A DNA stretch of 64,000 nt, taken from contig CAWKNZ010000007.1 of NCBI GenBank assembly GCA_963851265.1, forward strand, positions 512,001 through 576,000, given 5' to 3'. A program made the position numbers and the translations under genes. Source of the stretch: an uncultured Gemmatimonadales bacterium. Its GTDB lineage: Bacteria > Gemmatimonadota > Gemmatimonadetes > Gemmatimonadales > Gemmatimonadaceae. Below the pieces are notes generated by a model. The model saw nothing but the letters and a program-made list of their open reading frames with translations, searched no databases and had not been told where the DNA came from. Shown here one piece after another: positions 58,482 to 64,000 of the stretch. Positions within the stretch are counted from its first letter, which is position 1. Every line of letters starts with the position of its first letter.

Positions 58482-59370
58482 CACGCGGATCCCGGCGCAG
58501 GTCGAGGCGCAGGGTCATGCAGAACGCGGCACCGCCGGAGAGCAGGAAGGGCGCGAGATCGACCCCCGCGACGCCGTAGCCGCGCTCGGCGAGCACGGCG
58601 CGCAGGCGGGCCGGCGGCTCGGCCATGACGATCGTGCGTCCGAGGTTGACAGCGTTCACGCAGAAAGCGGCCGCGTCTTCGGCCGTGGCCTCGATCAGCT
58701 GGTCCGCGGGCACGGCGTCGCGCAGCCGCGCGAGCGCGCCGGCCGAGAAGGCCCGCGGGTAGTACAGCACCTCGCCGCCGCTCAGCGGACAGAGGCAGAC
58801 GTCCAAATGATAATAACGGTCCGATACCAACTCGAGTGGGGTCACCGTCGCGCCGAAGAAGTCGGCCACGCGGTCCGCGGCCTCGCGCGTGGAGCGAGGG
58901 CCCACGCCGGCCCAGAAGCGCCCGCGCGCCGCGTCCCAGACGCAGTCGCCCGCCCCCTCCTGGTAGCAGCCCTCGGGGAGCGTGGCGACCTCGTCGACGA
59001 GGCCCCGCTCGCGGAGGCGGTCGACGATGGCGGCGAAGCACGGCTCCTCGCCGCGGCGCTCGGGGTGGCGGAAGCGCGCCAGCAGCGCCCGACGGTCGAG
59101 TACGACGGCGGCGTTGGCCGGGAACACCATGTCGGGCAGCCCGGGCGCGCCCGGCGCCTCGACGACCGTCGCGCCCTCGGCCACGACGGCGTCGTGCAGC
59201 GCGCGCCACGCGCACCGCGCGGCCGCGCGGTGCGCGGCGGCGTCGCGTGCCCACGCGGCCGGCGCCATCCAGGGATTGATGGCGTACGACACGTCGTAGT
59301 GCGCGGGGTCGATCATCAACAGCGTCGGTGTGGACGCGTCGGGCGTCGTCGGCTGGAGCGCGGGCGGCAT
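58474..59370 (-). CDS. Amidinotransferase/DDAH-superfamily protein, arginine dihydrolase-like
   Basis: [33 protein letters not shown]. Confidence 0.88.
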   Translation of the reverse strand: MPPALQPTTPDASTPTLLMIDPAHYDVSYAINPWMAPAAWARDAAAHRAAARCAWRALHDAVVAEGATVVEAPGAPGLPDMVFPANAAVVLDRRALLARFRHPERRGEEPCFAAIVDRLRERGLVDEVATLPEGCYQEGAGDCVWDAARGRFWAGVGPRSTREAADRVADFFGATVTPLELVSDRYYHLDVCLCPLSGGEVLYYPRAFSAGALARLRDAVPADQLIEATAEDAAAFCVNAVNLGRTIVMAEPPARLRAVLAERGYGVAGVDLAPFLLSGGAAFCMTLRLDLRRDPRDA

Positions 59371-59526
59371 CGGACGGGCGGGTACGGGAAGGCGAGCGGG
59401 GCAGCAGGGCACCTCACGCCAGAATGCCGCGCGGGCGAGCCAGCGAACAGCTGGCAAAGCGAGCGGAACTGCACATCTTCCGAGCAGATCGCCAGCTTCG
59501 ACCGGCGAAACGTCAACCCATCGCGC

Positions 59527-59955
59527 GTGACCGTGGACGAGATCGACCGCCGCCTGCTGGCCCTGCTCCGCGACGACGCGCGGCGCAGCGCCGCGATGCT
59601 CGCGCGCACGCTCGGCGTTTCGCGCGCGACGGTGCAGAACCGCATCGCGCGCCTGCAGCGCGACGGGGCGATCCTCGGGTTCACCCTCCGCGTGCGCCCG
59701 GACGTCGACCCTCGCCGCGTACGCGCGGTGATGATGGTCGCCGTCGAAGGAAAGAGCTCCGCGCCGATCGCGCGGGCGCTCCGCGCGTTCCCCGAAGTCG
59801 TCGCGATCCACACGACCAACGGCCGCTGGGACCTGGTCGTCGAGCTGAGCACCGACGGGCTGGAAGCGTTCGATCACGCGCTCGGCCGCATCCGCCTGAT
59901 CGAGGGGATCGCGTCGACCGAGACGAGCCTGCTGCTCTCGTCGCAGGTGCTGTGA
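59527..59955 (+). CDS. Lrp/AsnC family regulator
   Basis: DEIDRRLL.LL..DAR, SRATVQNRI HTH, HTTNGRWDL. Confidence 0.93.
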   Translation: MTVDEIDRRLLALLRDDARRSAAMLARTLGVSRATVQNRIARLQRDGAILGFTLRVRPDVDPRRVRAVMMVAVEGKSSAPIARALRAFPEVVAIHTTNGRWDLVVELSTDGLEAFDHALGRIRLIEGIASTETSLLLSSQVL

Positions 59956-60067
59956 TCACGCGACCGCCGCGGACGGGCGCCCCCCGCTTGCGCATGGGTG
60001 ACGGGCACGGGGTAGCTTCTCCGCCCGCACCGGCACCCGCCCGGCCCGCGCGTCCCCAGCGTTGATC

Positions 60068-61030
60068 ATGCCACTCCCCCATCCGAGCGCTCCCCGCGCG
60101 CCCGGTGCGCTTCGCGCGCTGCTGAGCGGGGTGATCGACTACGCCGGCCTGTTTCCGCCGGCGGGACTCTCGATGAGCGCCGCGGTGCGCCGGTACGCCG
60201 CCGACCGCCGGGGCGCGGACCGCTGGATGCTCGGGCGCTTCGTCGTGCCGATCGCGCGCCTCGAGGAGTTCGAGGCGGCGGCGCTCGACCTCCTCCCGGC
60301 CGGCGAGGACGACGCGCCGTGGCAGCTGAGCGCGCTCGCCGGTGCAGGCGACGCGTCGGTGCTCGCCGCCGACCTCGCGCGCGCGGCAGCGTTCAACGCC
60401 CGCCACGCGCCCGAGACGGGCGCCGGGCGCGCCATCGTCGATGCCGTCGAGTGGCGCGCGCCCGACGTCGACGCCTTCGGCGCGGCCGCGGCCGCTCGGG
60501 CGCGTCACCTGCCGGGCGCGCCGCTCTACGCGGAGCTGCCGCCCGGGACCGACCCCGAAGCGGCCGCGCGCGCGGCTGCCGCCCACGGGCTGCGTCTCAA
60601 GCTGCGCGCGGGCGGCGTGACCACGGACGCCTTCCCGGCGCCGGCCGTGGTGGTGGGCGTGCTCGCGGCCGGCGTGCGCCACGCGGTCCCGGTCAAGCTC
60701 ACGGCCGGACTGCACCACCCGCTCCGCGGCGAGCACGCGCTGACCTACGCGCGCGACAGCGCGCGCGGTACGATGTTCGGCTTCGTGAACGTGCTTCTCG
60801 CAGGCGCGCTGCTACACGCGGGGCACGCGCCCGAGGCCGTGTCACCGCTGCTGGAGGAGCGCGACGCCACAACGTTCACCTTCACCGACGACGCGGGCGC
60901 GTGGCGCGGGCTCGCGGTCGACACCCCGGCGCTGGCCGACGCGCGCGATCGAGCCGTCGTCGGCTTCGGCTCGTGCGCGTTCGACGAGCCCGTGCGCGAT
61001 CTCCGCGCGCTCGGCTGGCTGCACGCCTGA
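60068..61030 (+). CDS. Conserved hypothetical protein upstream of fahA
   Basis: IDYAGLFPPA, LGRFVVP, KLRAGG, KLTAGLHH, GFVN, FGSCAFDEP. Confidence 0.8.
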   Translation: MPLPHPSAPRAPGALRALLSGVIDYAGLFPPAGLSMSAAVRRYAADRRGADRWMLGRFVVPIARLEEFEAAALDLLPAGEDDAPWQLSALAGAGDASVLAADLARAAAFNARHAPETGAGRAIVDAVEWRAPDVDAFGAAAAARARHLPGAPLYAELPPGTDPEAAARAAAAHGLRLKLRAGGVTTDAFPAPAVVVGVLAAGVRHAVPVKLTAGLHHPLRGEHALTYARDSARGTMFGFVNVLLAGALLHAGHAPEAVSPLLEERDATTFTFTDDAGAWRGLAVDTPALADARDRAVVGFGSCAFDEPVRDLRALGWLHA

Positions 61031-61069
61031 CGCGCCACGCGCTCCCCACCCTCCGTTCCGCCGCTGCCG

Positions 61070-62392
61070 ATGCCCGATACGCGCGACCCCGCCCTCGTCT
61101 CGTGGGTGGAGAGCGCCCACGACCCCGAGACCGACTTCCCGATCCAGAACCTGCCATTCGGCGTCTTCCGCCGTGCGGGCAGCGACGAGGCGCCGCGCGT
61201 GGGCGTGGCGATCGGGGACGCGGTGCTCGACCTCGCGGCGTGCCTGGACGACGGCATGCTCTCGGCGATCGCGGGGAGCGCGCTCGAGACCGCGTGCCGC
61301 GCGCCGGCGCTCAACCCGCTCATGGCGATGGGGCGCCGCGCCGCGTCGACGCTCCGTCGCGAGGTGAGCCTCGCGCTGCGCGCCGGCGGCACGCCGTCGC
61401 GCTACGACCGCGAACGCGCCGCGCGCGTGCTCGTGCCGCAGAGCGCGGCGGAGCTGTTCGTGCCCGCGGCGGTGGGCGACTACACGGATTTCTACGCGTC
61501 GGTGCACCACGCGACCAACGTCGGGCGCCTGTTTCGCCCGGACGAGCCGCTGCTGCCCAACTACAAGTGGGTGCCCATCGGCTACCACGGTCGCGCATCG
61601 AGCCTCGTTCCGTCCGGAACGCCGGTGCAGCGCCCGGTCGGGCAGCGCAAGGCGCCCGCGGACGCCGCACCCTCCGTGGGTCCCACACGCATGCTCGACT
61701 ACGAGGTCGAGGTCGGCGCGTTCGTCGGCCCGGGGAACGCGTTGGGCAGTCCCGTCGCGCTCGCCGACGCGCCGTCGCGTCTGTTCGGCCTCTGCCTCGT
61801 CAACGACTGGTCGGCGCGCGACGTTCAGGCGTGGGAGTACCAGCCGCTCGGCCCGTTCCTCGGCAAGAGCTTCGCGACCACCGTGTCGCCGTGGGTGGTC
61901 ACCCTCGACGCGCTCGAGCCGTTCCGCGTGCCCGCGGCGGCGCGCCCACACGGCGATCCCGCGCCGCTGCCCTACCTCGACGGCGAGGAGGACCGCGCGC
62001 GCGGCGGGTTCGACATCACGGTCGAGGCGTGGCTCCTGACCGCGCGGATGCGCGAGAGTGCGGCGCCGCCGGTGCGGCTCTCGCGAGGCTCGTTCGGCGG
62101 CATGTACTGGACGTTCGCCCAGATGATCGCGCACCACACGATGAACGGCTGCAACTTGCGCCCCGGCGACCTGCTCGCGAGCGGCACCGTGTCGACCGCC
62201 GACGAGGGCGGGCGCGGGTGCCTGCTCGAGATCACACAGCGCGGCACACACCCACTCGCGCTCGCCGGCGGCGAGACGCGGGCGTTCCTGGAGGACGGTG
62301 ACGAGGTGGTCCTGCGCGCGTACTGCGAGCGCGACGGCGCGGCGCGCATCGGGTTCGGCGAGTGCCGGGGGGTGGTTCTTCCGCCAGGCTGA
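61070..62392 (+). CDS. fahA: Fumarylacetoacetase
   Basis: DFPIQNLPFG, YTDFY, GYHGRASS, LDYEVE, NDWSARDVQAWEYQPLGPF.GKSF. Confidence 0.95.
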   Translation: MPDTRDPALVSWVESAHDPETDFPIQNLPFGVFRRAGSDEAPRVGVAIGDAVLDLAACLDDGMLSAIAGSALETACRAPALNPLMAMGRRAASTLRREVSLALRAGGTPSRYDRERAARVLVPQSAAELFVPAAVGDYTDFYASVHHATNVGRLFRPDEPLLPNYKWVPIGYHGRASSLVPSGTPVQRPVGQRKAPADAAPSVGPTRMLDYEVEVGAFVGPGNALGSPVALADAPSRLFGLCLVNDWSARDVQAWEYQPLGPFLGKSFATTVSPWVVTLDALEPFRVPAAARPHGDPAPLPYLDGEEDRARGGFDITVEAWLLTARMRESAAPPVRLSRGSFGGMYWTFAQMIAHHTMNGCNLRPGDLLASGTVSTADEGGRGCLLEITQRGTHPLALAGGETRAFLEDGDEVVLRAYCERDGAARIGFGECRGVVLPPG

Positions 62393-62493
62393 TTCGGGCC
62401 CGGTGAGCAGGCGGGGATGGTAGCTGGCGCTGCGGATGGCACCGCGTCTGCGCTAGGCCGGCCCGCACCCTTTCGACCGCTTCAGGAGACGCC

Positions 62494-62973
62494 ATGGCGA
62501 CGCCCAACGACAACACCAGCGGCAGCGACCGCGACAAGTACCGCGACAACGACGATGCACGGGGCGTAACCGGCCCCGACTCGCGCGATTCGACCAAGAG
62601 CGACTCGAAGTTCGAGGCGCGCGGCGACGCGCGGGACAACGTCGGCAACCACGCGCGCGGCACGGACGCCAACATGGAGGCCATCCGCGACAACGCGCAG
62701 CACGACGTCCAGCGCGGGAACGAGCGCACGCACGACACGACGGACGTCGTCGACGAGTACGATCTGGACCTCAAGCGCGACAACCAGCGCGGCAAGGAGC
62801 CGCACGGGATGGAAGAACTCGCCCGGGAGACGCGATCGGGGATGTTCGGCGCGCCGGGGGCGCACGGCGACACGGGGCACGCCGGCGTGCAGCACGCGCG
62901 GAAGGGCCAGGCCGAGAGTCCGGCCGAGCGGACGCACAACGAGCAGCCGAAGCACAAGGAAGGACACCACTAG
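62494..62973 (+). CDS. Highly hydrophilic hypothetical protein
   Basis: AGGAG RBS; D/E/R/H/N/G-rich, normal GC3 codon usage. Confidence 0.7.
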   Translation: MATPNDNTSGSDRDKYRDNDDARGVTGPDSRDSTKSDSKFEARGDARDNVGNHARGTDANMEAIRDNAQHDVQRGNERTHDTTDVVDEYDLDLKRDNQRGKEPHGMEELARETRSGMFGAPGAHGDTGHAGVQHARKGQAESPAERTHNEQPKHKEGHH

Positions 62974-63028
62974 CCGCGCGCGGCTGAGCGTTCGGCGGGT
63001 TCGGCCGACGCAACTACTTTCCTTGTCC

Positions 63029-63319
63029 ATGCACCCCGACCGGCTCACCGACATTCCCATCCACCGCGCGCTCAGTCAACTGCCCGGATGGAGCCGGAAG
63101 GGCGATGTGCTCGTGAAGAGCTACGCGTTCCCGAGCTTCGCGGCTGGCGTGGCGTTCGTGAACCGGGTGGCGCGGGTGGCGGAGGCGGCAAACCACCACC
63201 CGGACCTCGACGTGCGCGCCGCCAGGGTCGTCTGCCATCTCACGACGCACAGCGCGGGCGGGATCACACAGAAAGACCTCGACTTGGCCGGCGCGATCGA
63301 GCGGGTCGCGTCCGGGTGA
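63029..63319 (+). CDS. Pterin-4a-carbinolamine dehydratase
   Basis: AEAANHHPDL, LTTHSAGGITQKD. Confidence 0.9.
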   Translation: MHPDRLTDIPIHRALSQLPGWSRKGDVLVKSYAFPSFAAGVAFVNRVARVAEAANHHPDLDVRAARVVCHLTTHSAGGITQKDLDLAGAIERVASG

Positions 63320-63343
63320 CGCGAGCGCAGGATGGTGGCGCAA

Positions 63344-63386
63344 GAACGACGAAGGGCGGCCCGTGATGGGCCGCCCTTCGTCGTTC
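63344..63386. terminator. 19-bp perfect hairpin, bidirectional terminator
   Basis: GAACGACGAAGGGCGGCCC-GTGAT-GGGCCGCCCTTCGTCGTTC between convergent genes. Confidence 0.85.
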
Positions 63387-63396
63387 GCTCACGTCG

Positions 63397-64000
63397 TCAG
63401 TTCCGGCGTCCGCCGCCGAGGAGGCGGAGGATGAAGAGGAACAGGTTCAGCAGGTCGAGATAGATCTGGACTGCGGCAAGAACGTAGTCGTTCGGACCGT
63501 AGACGTTGCGCAGGCGCCAGGTGTCGAAGACGAGCAGGCCGCTGAAGAGCAGCGTGCCGACGCCCGCGATCCACAGGCCGGCGGTCTGGTTGTGGAAGAA
63601 CATGTTGAGCAGCGACGTCCCGATCAGCACCCACAGGCCGGTGACGAGGAAGCTGCCCCAGGCGCTGAAATCGCGCCGCGTCACGAACGCGTAGGCGGTG
63701 AGCACCGCGAACGTGCTGCCGGTGAGGAGCGCGGTCTGGCCGACGATGCCAGGCTGCCGGCTCTCCATGAACAGCAGATACGGCGCGAGGAACACGCCCT
63801 CGGCGAACGTGAAGGCGAGGGTGAGGCCGATGTTCGCCGGGAACCGGTCGCGCATCGCCTGCGCGCCCATCAGCGGGACGAACGTCGCGATGGCGCTGAT
63901 GAACGGGTGTTGTGCGACGAACCCGAGCAGCGCCGGCTGGGTCGCCGCGAAGGCGACGCCGAGCATCGTGACGAGGACGCCGACGAACACGAGGGAGTAC
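63397..64000 (-). CDS. Bax inhibitor-1/YccA family membrane protein, 5'-truncated by window edge
   Basis: Multiple TMs, FDTWRL, IYLDLLNLFLFILRL. Confidence 0.92.
   Translation of the reverse strand, partial: YSLVFVGVLVTMLGVAFAATQPALLGFVAQHPFISAIATFVPLMGAQAMRDRFPANIGLTLAFTFAEGVFLAPYLLFMESRQPGIVGQTALLTGSTFAVLTAYAFVTRRDFSAWGSFLVTGLWVLIGTSLLNMFFHNQTAGLWIAGVGTLLFSGLLVFDTWRLRNVYGPNDYVLAAVQIYLDLLNLFLFILRLLGGGRRN

Noticed and set aside
29578..62458. Near-matches GCTAGGC/GCCTAGC/CTTAGGC (about 29580, 30000, 38000, 44084, 58473, 62452)
   Set aside because: One mismatch from the motif; not counted because significance cannot be judged without a statistical test

Overview
Very GC-rich (about 75% by eye) bacterial chromosomal DNA. 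The protein repertoire suggests Gemmatimonadota (inference only). 0-12.3 kb is a cluster of tetrahydromethanopterin (H4MPT) and methanofuran/methylofuran biosynthesis-type genes (RimK-like ligase, CitG-like, PTPS, HisA-like, MfnF/E/B-like, SDR, PCD, DHPS-related, DUF447, mptG) with proC inserted. 12.3-21.6 kb has a PAS histidine kinase, AI-2E transporter, amidohydrolase, DegP and a divergent OmpR-type two-component pair whose kinase is frameshifted. 21.6-32 kb is a run of secreted peptidases plus panE. 32-41.8 kb has an esterase, a VOC protein, a Ser/Thr kinase-hydrolase fusion, and an orphan kinase lying between intact queG and a diverged copy of the queG 3' end. 41.8-64 kb has rpsU, MFS, a nucleoside ABC system, a TPR protein, nadBAC, a PEP-CTERM protein, a rocD/arginine dihydrolase-like/Lrp locus, fahA, a second PCD and YccA. 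No rRNA, tRNA, CRISPR array, integrase or transposase was recognised. The strongest unexplained signal is the heptamer GCCTAAC/GTTAGGC (usually GCCTAACGC). I counted 23 copies by eye on both strands; it forces rare TTA codons, supplies several stop codons and forms an inverted-pair hairpin, as DNA uptake sequences do.
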